From contig CM119378.1 in the NCBI GenBank assembly GCA_051294905.1, positions 1,924,001-1,984,000 of the forward strand: a DNA stretch of 60,000 bases. Reading direction: 5' to 3'. Shown in pieces: positions 34,289-47,300 of the stretch. This DNA comes from Botryllus schlosseri. Taxonomy: Eukaryota. Numbering within the stretch: position 1 is the stretch's first letter; every line of letters starts with the position of its first letter. A model generated the notes under the pieces. That model searched no databases, was not told where the DNA came from, and was given only the letters and a program-made list of their open reading frames with translations. A program made the translations under genes and the position numbers.

Positions 34289-35257
34289 TCTTTATTTTCA
34301 TCGAACCAAAATACATAACAAACGGCAGTGATGGTGGTACAGAAAATATGCGTGCACAGTATTCGGTATTAGATAGGAATGATCGATAAGACCGTGAAGG
34401 TCATCTAGTCTGATCACACCAGCATCAAACAGGTACACTTGACTCAGAACAGTCTGGCTGTAAAAAAAGTTTAGTTACGAAAGGAAAATAGAAAAAAAAT
34501 TAAACAATGGTAGCAAATGATCAATGAAGCAATGTCTGGGCGAGGTAGGGCAACAGTGTTAGTGTAACGACAAGAGGTGATCAAGTAGGGCTTTTTTGAA
34601 TGGCATGGCGTACTTTCGCTTGTGCCTTCTATAAGACACCGGTTACTCGTCGAAATGCAGGGTTACATTGTCGCCAAGAATGCCCTCATGTTGTTGATGC
34701 AAACTTCGTCCTAGCTCTCGTACGATCTGGTTCGAGACGTAAATTGCGTCGAAAGAATTACATTACATTCATAGAAAATCACCAGGCGTGACGCATGATC
34801 TCGCCTGTTATTCAGAAATCGATTGTACGAGAGTAGAGAGTAGGCCATCAGCCCTCAGGCGGGTTGAACGTGGGTTAGCGTGCTGCTGTTCGAATCGATC
34901 GCTTGCGATCTTGCAAATTTGAGAACTAAACTAGTTCGCAAATTGCTGCTGCAATAACATCCCAGGAGGAGCGATTGTAGGTAAAGTACCACGATGTTTC
35001 GAAATAGATGCTTTGTAGCGTCTACGTCTAGTTCCTAGCACGTTGTTGTAGCAATAGCTAGTCTACAATAGCTCGACTCGAAGAGCGGTAGCATCGAAAG
35101 CATTCGAGCTGAGAGCTGTTTTGTTTCGTTACTGTCTTGGTATATATAGTTACGTACCCACAATGAAGTGTACTCTGTTTTCGTCATTGGCTCAACAGGT
35201 CTAGCTCTACTGCTTCTGGTTACATATTCAACTGTTTACGAACGAAAGGAATTCACG

Positions 35258-35323
35258 ATGGGTCTGAGTGGATGTATGTCATGCTTGAAGTACTTGCTGT
35301 TCGCTTTCAATTTTATTTTCTGG
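35258..35323 (+). CDS. Tetraspanin exon 1 (MGLSGCMSCLKYLLFAFNFIFW)
   Basis: Typical tetraspanin N-terminus CxKYLLFxFNFIFW; TGG|GTAAGT donor. Confidence 0.95.
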
Positions 35324-38300
35324 GTAAGTGCCTTATACATGTGTTGGTAGGGTAAATTCATTAGAACGAATTGGTTTTCCGGAATGTATTATCAAGATAA
35401 TACTCTAGGGAACTAGCCTACTTATTGATCGTGGAAGGCCACACGCTTGTAGTAAATTCGTTAATGCTATCGATGTCGAAGAGGCTAGTTGAGATAAGTA
35501 CCCACACTCAAACGTACCACAAATCCTTCAATTTAGTCTTAAACAATTGTGCTAATATGTTACACCGTTGGTAGCAAATCTTATGCCATTGGTAGTGTGA
35601 GCTTACGTTTGTTGAGAGATTTAAGCGTGTGCCTTCGAGTCCATGTCCAAGATGTTCATTGTTCAGCCTCGCCACAAATTCGAGTTTTGAACCTATACTG
35701 AGCCAGTACCTTGCCCGTTGCACTGATTTTCAATTGAAATGAATTATTCATAGTTCCAAGTTTCACCGGGATCAGTGATGGCTTGACACCTTCCAACAAT
35801 GAATATCCGCTGTGAGGGCACGAGATTACGCGAACAATACGATCCGTTACGACTGTCGTCATTACTGCCTTGGTAACATAATATGAAACGAGATTACTAT
35901 ATAGGACAGCAGTGTGACAGTGTCTAACGCGTTGCGATGATTCCGTGGGACATATGCGTTATTGGCAATCAACGGTAATCAGTGTGCAATGCGTTCGCTA
36001 ACCAATGATATGGACTCGCGTAGTTACTGGTGGCGAGTCGTAGTTACTGGTGGCGAGTCGTAGTTACTGGTGGCCAAGACCGGCTTGTGATGACAAATCA
36101 TATGTATGAGTTGACTGTGTGTCTTGACCTGATAGCTCGGAAATCGTAACGAATATCGGTCTGATGTAGAATGGCCATTGGCCATCGACCATTACCATAG
36201 ATATCGATAAACTATGAATACTAAAACAACAACTGGTCAATTCAATAGCGTAGCATTTCGCGCAACCCGTCAACTCTTTAATCGATACAGTTAGCGAGCT
36301 ACCAGGCCCAGATTAGCATTCAGAATACACATGGGAACTCACCATTGGTGCCAATTGCCGTAATCAATCCGACGTCTTGCCACACGCAAGCTGCGTACTG
36401 CAGGGCTGCGGAGTGTAATACGCCCTCAGTAGGAAGGCCGCCTTATCGAAAGACGATGGTCAAATGCCGTATGGATCGTGTGATTACAGGTTCCCTATAC
36501 GAATGACATTAAGATGTTTAGCCTAACGAGTATTAGAGTAAATTGAAACCGGCCTGAACCTTCTGAAAAAGTCCTGCATTGACCAGACCTGGTTAAACTA
36601 GTCAGCATTCGTACTCTGGTAGAAGTAACTTCATAGACTTCTATCCAAGTTCAAGTAGCGATTTCCAAAACGTGTCAAAGCTACTTTCAGTGGAACGAGA
36701 AAATAAAGGTACGAATGGGGCCTACTTATCGTCGGTCCGAATTTCGAAAAGTATTCAAGTAACCATTTTCAAAGAGTAAGATTTAGTCGTTGCATCGGCG
36801 ACTAATGCAGAATGACTAATTGTACCTCGAATCGGTGCGATTTTTCAAAATAAAGGTCATGTACACATTGCCATAACGATGCATTGTGCTTGGGCAATAT
36901 AATTTTGGTTGCAAGTACGCGATCATGCAATATCATTTTGATGCAGTCAGCGAAACCTCATCCAATTTTTGTGGAAACAATAATTTTAAAATGAGGGTTC
37001 TTTTGTAAATTAATGGCATAGTTTAAATATTTGTAGGCTACTGTTATTTTCCGACATTCTAAAAAGATCCCGGATCACTATACTCTCATCGAAATGAGTG
37101 TGTGTTCACACTATACAAAGGCGGTACATGAAAACACGCAATTTCATAGATCATTAACCCCGTTCTAGGTTAGTTGATCAAATGTTTCACGCGGAACCGG
37201 TTAGCGTCTGAACATAATTTCCTATTTGTGTGTTTCAATTTAGAGCCAATGTGAGGCAATAATCGTTTATCAATCGGCGCGGTTTCCAGAAATAACTTTT
37301 CACATAATTTTGCCGTTATTAGCTGATATTGTTAGGTTGACAAAAAACGTTACACACGAAATTCCGTCTAGTGGAAGTGAAGGTATTGTTATTTGAAAAT
37401 AATGTATTTATTATAAAAAAATTCAAATTTTACTGTCTTTGCCATGGAATTGTCGACTTGTTTACCAAAACGATACACACCAAATTTGACTCAATTCCAA
37501 CCGGTAGAAGCGAAGAGTTTAAAATCTGGGATTTGAAAAAAATATTACTTATTGCTTGGCCTCTGGTAATCCAAGAATTATTAATGAAAAACTCGAATAA
37601 CTTCGCTCGTACGGTTGGGACTGCGTCCAATTTGTTTTGCATCGTTTTTGTAGACAAATTAACAGTTTCGTGCGGTTGACAGTAAAATTCCAACTTGCAA
37701 ATTTTAATTTTTTTATGCTAAAATGAAAAGTTTGAAATTCCTTCAGTTTACATCTACTAGTTGAAAGTGAGCGAAATTCGGTGTGCAATGTTTATTTAGC
37801 CAACCTGACAATTCGATCAAGTAACCGCAAAATTTGAAAATAAAGTTGTTTTTGAAGACAACCTTTCTGTGTACTCCATCACTAGGTTAATTTTCTCAGA
37901 TATTCCGCGGTACACAGTTTGGGAATCGTTGCGTTAAACCCCCATTAATCCATTTGCAGCTGGCCGGAGTCGGAATACTGGCCATGGCCATATTCTTCCG
38001 ATTCGACGGATCCACGAGCAAGGTGCTGGAATCCGACGCGGACCAGCGTGACATGTTTTACGCCGTCTGCTACGTACTGATGGCGGTTGGAGCCGCTATC
38101 ATGGTGGTTGGTTTCTGCGGGTGCTGCGGTGCCGTTCAGGAGTCTAAAATGCTCTTGTCGATGGTGAGTTGATTCATTCGTGATTGTAACGTTGATAATA
38201 TTCCCGCGGAATCGGCTGTGCGATAATGTTCTTGAACTTGATGTATGATTTGCAATCGGCGTATATTAAGAGCTGGTCGAAAGTAACCACTGCTGGTACT

Positions 38301-41300
38301 GACGTAGACGTAGAAGCAACGTAAAATTTCACATAATTAGCGATTCCCAAGTACATAAAAAGCAAGTGTTCTAGGTCTAGTTTTGCCTAGAAAACTGAAA
38401 TCTAGCGATTCTCTAACTATAAATTGATTATCAAACTTTGTTGACTCATCGCCCTCTTATCAAGCTGTGTGGCGAGATCGCGTAGTGGTATAATTCACAG
38501 CTACATCACCAATGGGTTGTGGGTTGAGTACGACCCAGGTCGACTCCAGACTTCCTACCTGAGTGTTGGATGTTTATAAAGGCTCCTCCTCGCCATATCA
38601 TCCGTGTAAGCGGTATCTTAAAAAGTCTAGAAGTTGGCCGTGCTGCCAGTCGGCAGCTACGGAATAAAACAAAATTTAATAAAATACCGGCTTGGTGTAA
38701 ATGACCAATTGACCATTGTAGTCAACAAACACCATGAGTAAAGGCTTAAGCTCTTTCCAAACTGGATGCTGAACGTTACTCCCGACGACAATCAGCCGAA
38801 AATGCTCTGTTTCATTTCGATATGACTATACTATTCAAAACGTTTATACTTGCTTTACGAGATTGCCATTTGTACTACGCCTTTGTCTCTAGTTTGCGAT
38901 TGCCCTGTTTCTGCTTCTTGGAACCGAGATCGGTGCTGGGGTTTACACTCATTTCAACAAGGATAAGGTAAGACGGAGTGGATAACCACGGTGTCTGTGG
39001 ATATTAGGGTTGTTCAAAAATAACTTTTATTTCAGATTTTAGCAGCTATTCGCTGCAATTATTGTGTTGGCTAAAAAAAACGTTCGCACCAAATTTGACT
39101 CAATTCCGATTAGTAGGAGTGAAGCTACAGGAGTTTTGAATTTATATATAAAAAAAATCAAATTATACTGACCACCACATGGAAATGTCCCAACTAGCCT
39201 AATAAAACAATACACAGCAAATTTGGCTCAATTCCAACTGGTCGAAGCAAAGTTATTGGAGTTGCAAATCTTGGATTTGAAAAAAAAGCGGTATTTACTT
39301 TGGGTAGTCCGAGTATTATTAAGGAAACACTCGAATAACTTCACTTCTAGGGGCCGGAATTGAGTGAAATTTGTTTTGCATCGTTTTTGCGGACATCTTA
39401 ACAAGTTCGTGGATTAGCCAGTAGAATTTGGAAAAAAATGGTATTTTTTGATAACAAATTCAAAATTTTTCAACTCTAATAACTTCACTTCTTCTGGTTG
39501 GAATTGAGCCAAATTCGATGTGAAGCGTTTTCTTAGCCAGCCTAACAATTTTAGTTTATAGATGCAAAAATCGGAAAAAAAGTTATTTTTGAACAACACT
39601 GGTGGATATGCTGCTATCCGTTTGATTTCCCCAGGTTGTGTCGGCCGTGGATATGAGTGCAGTGGACGCATGGAAGATATCGGCGACTGCTCGCAACGAG
39701 ACGGCAATGGTTGTGCGTGGGATCGAGAACGATGTAAATATCGTAATCGTAACTTGTAGAGTAGAGTGTCGGAATGTATTCTGTACACATTTGAAGTTAC
39801 GTCGAAATGCCGGTAATCTAGTGCCAATCTGATTTGTGAAATTTTTCTATTTTCTCGCATTAGTCGTATTAATTTGATACTAATTTCTGGTTTTCCTGAA
39901 AATGCTACGGTGGAGCTGTATAGTGCGAAACGAGCCAAGCTCGGTGTACACACTGTACACTGTACAGACATTCGACATTCACATGCTTAAGAGTATGTAA
40001 TTTGGTTTGATATGAACCGATCTCGATTTTCGTTGTATTTCTGGCTAATTTTCTTGGTGGTTTAATGTAATTTCAAGGTGCTTGCGAATTCAGCAATTCT
40101 GATTCAGAGCTAATTTGGATAACGTGGAAATTTTCTAGTTGCAAAACTCCGACTTCCAAGGTAAAGGTTCCCAAACTTGACTCCACGCGTGCCGCATTGT
40201 ACTTACTATGATTTCCCGCACCATTTCTCTAAGTGCGGTTATTTCGGATATTGTGCTACCGTATATAATCAGGAACCATTTTAAAGCTAGTACCGGACTG
40301 CATATCATTTTATTACCGACCAACAATTGAACAATCTTTTATTACGCAATACTGTCTGAGGAACGTTTTATTTCAGTCTGACTCGCCTGGTCTGATAAGC
40401 AACCTTTTCACTGATATCAGGTACAGCGAAGTCATAGAGTTCAGGAGTAAAGTGACAATATCTTCATTCTCTATCCTCTGGTTCGTTGCTATTGGTAACT
40501 TCCGCATATAATGCGTAAAAGATGCGAATAAAAAATAGAATAGCTCCATGTCGAGTTCTCTCAGAAAAATCTAGTATACGTACTTCATTTCACGTGTGAT
40601 TACAGTACAAGCCAAATATAATCGTTCTAGTTATAATGATTGAGAATGGATTTAATGAGACCGCTCGAAAGTCGCAGTGCAGTATCTATAATTCTAAATA
40701 TAACATCGATTTTCTCTCGCAATCCATCGCTGCAGTATTGTGTTTAGGCCGCATCTTGAGGTGGACTGTATAAGGAGGTCGTGTGTAGGCAGCATATTAG
40801 TGGCATGTGACGTATAAATTGGAAAATGAAATCGCGCGAGTAAGATAGATGGTCACTAGTGACTAGTCTTCTCGAAAAAGCGCAGCGGCACAGTCAGAGC
40901 TGATATTTTCATTATTGGCTAGCCAGACCCGGATCCGCGGCTTATCTATTACGTTAATCTGCTGAGGATGATTAAGCAATAGATATCGACTTTATTCTAC
41001 GGCACTTATATCTCTGTTTAGCGAATGGCGGTAAATATGTTAGTTCGAGCACCAATTTTGACGATTCGGGTCAGGTAGTGATATTTACGGTCGATGTATT
41101 TGAGAATCGAAATTATATACCGCCGGGAGTTAGTTTGCCAAGTGAAGTCGTTGTTTCCGTGTTGGCCTTGAAATCGGATATTAAATTGGTGGTGGAAATG
41201 CAATAAAACTCAAGTTCATTTCAAATCAAATCCCTTTCTCAAAAGCACGAGAATGGCAAATGTCTGTACAGCTAGGGGTGTTCAAAAATGACTTTTTATT

Positions 41301-44300
41301 TCAAATTCTACCGGCTACGTGATAAAATTGTTAGGTTACCTAATTTAAGCCTACACACCAAATTCGGATCAATTCCAACCAGTAGCCGCATTGCTACAGG
41401 AGAAGAAAGTTATGTATTTATTTTATAAAAATTAATAAAACAAATTCAAAATTTTCTGTTCACCCCATGAAATTGTTGGGTCCTCTATAGAAACGATGCT
41501 CATTTTTTTATTGCCGTCGAAAAATTTTGGATTTGAATAAAATAATATTACGGTGACCAATTCTTTAATTATTTATTATAGTTGTGCGCATTTTTTTATA
41601 ATAAATAAAAAACTTTCTTCTCCTGTAGCAATGCGGCTACTGGTTGGAATTGATCCGAATTTGGTGTGCAGGCTTCAATTAGGTAGCCTAACAATTTTAT
41701 CAAGTAGCCAGTAGAATTTGAGAAAAAAAATCATTTTAAACACCCTTACTGTACTGTACACCCATCTTGGCTCGTTTCGCACTATACAGTTCTTCTGTAG
41801 TGTTTTCGTGAAAACCCGAAATTCGATAGAAATTAAAATCGGAGCGTAGATACATTTCTCAAGCTAGGTTAGGATTAGATTACCAGCATATAGCTCCGAT
41901 TAGTCGATAGATAACTATAGTATCATCTAGTTTTCCACGTCTGCTCATTACGAATGTCGTGAAATGTCATACGTGCTTGACCTTCTGTACATGAATTCAG
42001 CTGGACTGCTGCGGTTACTACAGCGTGGCCGACTACTGCAGCCTGAAGGAAATATCTCTCGAAAGTGTGCTGGGCACTTTCGTGCAAAGTCGAGGCGTCG
42101 TGGAATGCAACTCCGGACCTACCAAGAAGATCTCGGACATTTGCCCGACCGTAGAATCGGTACGCTACGCTGTATAGCTATTTGTTTGATCGCGACCAAT
42201 ACTACACTCTAGCGAAAAGGGTGTGCGCTCACACCCAAAGGGTGGTACACGAAAACGGGACCTTACTCAAAATTATATCGCGGCTATAAATCCTACGTGC
42301 ATGTATTGTATAATTTGGATTAAAACGTTGTACTCGTTTTATACCGCGGTATAAGTCTGAGGTAGGTTGTGGTTTCGTGTGCCATAGGTGTATATTCACA
42401 CCAGTATACTAGGGGTGGTGCACGAGTGGAAATACACACCTTTTCGCTATGAGTGTATTGGCTGAAAAATATGAAGTCATAACGTTTACACAATACACGT
42501 AAACAGAACATATCAAACATACCAGACTTTCTTTCGTGGGTCTCTGACGGTCCGTGGACATATGAGCATGCGACATTACAGCATGCGACGCTTCGGCATG
42601 CGACAATTTGGCATGCGACACATGAGCATGTGGGTTAAATTACGGGTTAGGGGTAGGTTAGGTTAGGTTTATGGTTGGGTTAGGGTTAGGGTTTAGGTTA
42701 GGTTAGGCTAGGTTAGGTTAGGTTAGGCTATGTTTCGGGTTAGGGTAAGTTTTTGGGTTATACAGTCACATGCTGAAGTGACGCATGCTGATGTGTTCCA
42801 TGCTGAACTGTCGTTTTCCATTGTGTCGCATGCTCATATGTCGGGCAACCGTCTCTGACAGCTAGTTTCGCAACCGAGACGCGTCTTGATACACCGATGC
42901 TTTTGAACGCAGCTTCGTTGTCTTTGTACAGGCGTTGAACGGATGCCGCGATCGTATGAAAGCGGTGCTGGAGAGCAACCTGAAGATCGTCGTTGCAGTT
43001 GCCATCGGCGTTGGCGTAGTACAGGTATCTAAGGGAACTTTTTAAGCTATACATTTCACCCTCTGACATTTTGACCGCTAACTGCTTTAGTTTTCGTAGT
43101 TAGGGTCTTTAAACATTTACAAAAATCAATGCCTTTTGATCCGTTTGAAAACATTAAGAAACGTCACGTTGATTTGATAAATGTAAGTGGTAGTGGACGC
43201 TGTTATATCATCTACGAGAATTATAGTTATATAATCGAATTATACATTTTCCCAACATGGCATCTTCGTGTTGTGTAGAACTGGTAAAGGTGCATATATA
43301 GCGGTTCAAGTTACAGTGATGCAAGTATCAATTCGTAACCACCAACATAAAGTATGAGATGGTGCGATGTGGCTATTTACTCGTGATCAGAAACTTGACA
43401 TCGCGTCTCCAAACCGCTCATAAACATCGGGTGGTAATCTATAATCGATCGGGTTTTCAGCCGGTGATCAATAGTGTTGCCGTTATCGCAGTAGGGATGA
43501 CGGCATAGGATTGATGTATCATGGTACCTTACTTTGAGGATGGTGGTATTTAGCCGAATCGATATGAGAATCTAATTAAGGTTGCTAATTTCTGGGGCTA
43601 CATGTTACCTCGTGGTTGTGAGGTAGTTGTGTTCTCTCCATTACGGCTTGAGACGCACCTTCAGTCCTTCATAGCATTCGCTGGCCCTCAAGTCGGCAAG
43701 CACCGGCACCCAATTCTGAGAATGCAAAAAGTTCACACTCCGTAATAGTCAGTCGATCAATCCTTATATTTTGCCTATTCCTTTGTTTGCCAATGACGGT
43801 GTTGCTGGCTCAGAGCACATAGTATGGCCCATTTTATAATTTGTAGGGCTAATATGTATATTCCCTTGATAATAATGCGTTCCAGTGTAAACAAAGACGA
43901 GGATTTGTAGGTAGCATTTTGGAATCATTTGACTGCTCCGGCCCGCGAGCGATCACAAGTTTTGAATCCGTGCCACGACCCAAGTTGAGTTTGACACCTC
44001 TGGTCTGAAATCATACCCACTCGAAGTAATACAAATGGGCGAAACATACTTGGTTACGTCGAATGTAAAAATATTTCATTACTGGTCACCGTATGTTGAT
44101 TTACAGCGACGTAGTCACGCAGTTAACTTGATATAGCGAGAACGCATTTAATGCATTTTCCAGTTTAGTCCGTATTTTCGAGATCGCAAAACCACTCTTC
44201 TTCCATATGTGTTTTAATTATCGTTTATCTCAGGGCGTTCTGAAACTCGGCTACCCGAGGAAATTGAATTTTCTGGTACTGTGATAATTTTCTTCCACAA

Positions 44301-47300
44301 TGTCAATTTTGTGTTCCACGCGAGAACAAAGAGCAGTTTACGAAATGCCTGCATGGTTTCATTACCGCTGTTATGGTTTTATTTGACCTAGTTTTAGATT
44401 CCAACCTAAAAAATACTTTACCTACTATCATACATTGACTCTAGATTCCCATTCTTTTTTATGGGCACGCCATGCATGCATGTAAATCTAAGTGGTACGC
44501 AGCTCAGAAAACTTTAAGATCCAGTGGTTTATCTCATCATAATAATTTAGTCGTTGTAAAGAAGCATTTGTAAGCGAGGGCGGGCAACATACGCTGGCAG
44601 TTTCTACCCTGAAAGAGAAATTATAATCTGAAACATGGCAAACTAAAACATGCTCCGGCCCGTTGCCGTATGGTTTAACTGGCTATGACTGAGACTGAGA
44701 CCATTGAAAAATTTTAGGCGTCACTGAATGAATCCAAGCCTTCCAAGTTGAGAAAGATGACCTTGAAATTACTCGTTCTGTTCGGGTCTACATACATTTG
44801 CCTGCAAAACTTTTCGACCATGAACATTGCCAAGACAAACTGTGCCTTCCAATCTAACTGATGTTCGCTGTTCAGTTCACATATACAGTCTTTGCTAAGG
44901 GGTTATACGTCCGACATGCGGCCGAAGTTCAAAAGAGCTCGTTGAGAACTTTGATCGATCACAAATGTCTCGTCGACTTCAACAAACAGCTATTGGAGGA
45001 GTACATCACGTTAATAAATCCATTAAATGCTATTTCGGTCTCAATGCTTCAACCGTAAAGTTTACATTAAATACAATTCGAATAACTCCTTGTATAGGTG
45101 GCTAAATGCGCGATTAACGTATCGATTCAGGAATCCGTCCCCCCTAAGTAATTCATTTTCCCATGTCAGCCCCACCTACTGGACAAGTTGCCAGCCGCGA
45201 GTTTAAAGCGTGTGTTCGTGTTTGGGATAATCTGAAAGCTAGTGCGACGATCTTGAATGTATGGGTCAAACTCCCGGCGTATGTACTGGATATACGCACA
45301 CACTGTAAACAGTGCAGTGTGCAGCTGTGCGCGCCGTTAATTTAGGCTTTGGAACAGTGGTTCTTGAATCCGGGGGTGCAAACGGGTTCAGCCAAGACAC
45401 GCAACAGACTCGTATAGTAGAAGTAACACTGATATGCAACAAGTATTCATTATCATATTTCTATTCTGTGCGAAAATCGTGTGTTAACGGTTTTGCTCTA
45501 TCTACATTGTTGTTGGTGCATACTTCACTCTGCGCAACAGTATTCTATTCTCTTGGCGAAAGGATTGTGTAGTACCAACCCGTGTAGCACCCCCTGAAGC
45601 AGAACGTACCGCAGACGTATACCGTGGTATAAATTGAGTGCAACAATTTAAGGCACTTCTTCGATAGTAGGTAGACATCGAAAAATGTTCACCATGATCA
45701 CCAATGAATGTTTCTCATGAACACGAATAAAAATTTATAAACGTCAAAATGAATTGTTGTTTTTTGTGTCTTTGGAGAGACGGATATTAGGGTCGGGTCG
45801 GGGGGTATTAGGATTGGGGAAAGAGGGATATTTGGGCTTGGGAGGGGATGTTAGGCTTGGGGGAAATTAGGGTTATTGGAGGGGGGATATTAGGGTTTGG
45901 GAAAGAGGGATGTTAAGGTTTGAGGAAAGGGGGATTGGAGTGGGTTAGGGTCAAAGTTGAGGTTAGGTATCCCGAGATTAGGAAGGGGGATATTAGGGTT
46001 GCGGGAGGGGGGATATTAGGGTTGCAGGAGGGGGGTATTAGGGTTGCGGGAAGGGGGATATTAGGGTTGCGGAAGGGGGATATTAGGGTTGTGGGAGGGG
46101 GGATATTAGGGTTGCGGGAGGGGGATATTAGGGTTGGAGTTAGGGGGATATTAGGGTTGCGGGAGGGGGATGTTGGGGTTAGGCTATATTAGGGCTGTGG
46201 GAGAGGGGATATTAGGGTTGGGTGAAAGGGAGATTGGAGGTGGGTTAAACCCCGGGTAGGGGTAATCTAACCCCAACGTTGAACCTAACCCACCTCCAAC
46301 CCTAATATCCGCCTAACTCCAACCCTAATATCCCCCAACCTTAATACCCCCGGCCCCCTCCCGCAACCCTAATATCCCCTAACCCCAACCCTAATATCCC
46401 CCCTCCCGCAACCCTAATATCCCCCTAACCCCAACATCCCCCCTCCCACAACCCTAATATCCCCCTCCCGCAACCCTAATATCCCCCCTCCTGCAACCCT
46501 AATATCCCCTAACCCCAACCCTAATATACCCCCTCCCGCAACCCTAATATCCCCCTAACCCCAACACCCCCCTCCCACAACCCTAATATCCCCCTCCCGC
46601 AACCCTAATATCCCCCCTCGCACAACCCTAATATCCCCCTAACCCCAATATCCCCCTCCCACAACCCTAATATCTCCCTCCCGCAACCCTGATATCCCCC
46701 TAACCCCAACCCTAATATCCCTCTAACCCCAACCCGAATATCCCCCCTCCCGAAACCCTAATATCCCCCTAAACCCAATATCCCCCTCCCACAGCCCTTA
46801 TATAGCCTAACCCCAACATCCCCCTCCCACAACCCTAATATCCCCCCTCGCACAACCCTAACCCCAATATCCCCCTCCCACAACCCTAATATCCCCCTCC
46901 CGCAACCCTAATATCCCCCCTCGCACAACCCTAATATCCCCCTAACCCCAATATCCCCCTCCCACAACCCTAATATCCCCCCTCCCACCCTAATACTCCA
47001 ACCCTAATCTTGGGATAGCCTAAACCCAACTTTGACCCTAACCCTCCCCAAACGCAAAAACAATTCATTTTGACGTTTATAAATTTTATTCGTGTTCATG
47101 AGAAACATTCATTGGTGATCATGGTGAACACTTTTCGATGTCTACCTACTATCGAAGAAGTGCCCAATTTAATCCAAATTATGGAAGGTATGCACGTGCA
47201 CGTAGCCACGTGGGAGTTATGACCGCGATATAATTCTGAGCTAGGTTCTGTTTATTGTATTATTGTTGGCCTGGTTAGCAAAGGTTAAGAACCAGTGCCT

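Noticed and set aside
34981..35198. Spliced-leader trans-splice acceptor ahead of the tetraspanin ATG
   Set aside because: An ordinary donor (AG|GTAAAG at 34981) could pair with the acceptor at 35198, so a cis-spliced 5' UTR intron is enough to explain it.
45920..46192. Gly-rich repetitive 90-aa ORF
   Set aside because: Translation of the G-rich minisatellite inside the foldback element.
45780..47050. Interstitial telomere or chromosome-fusion site
   Set aside because: Units are ~21-mers merely containing TTAGGG and are enclosed by TIRs and a TSD.
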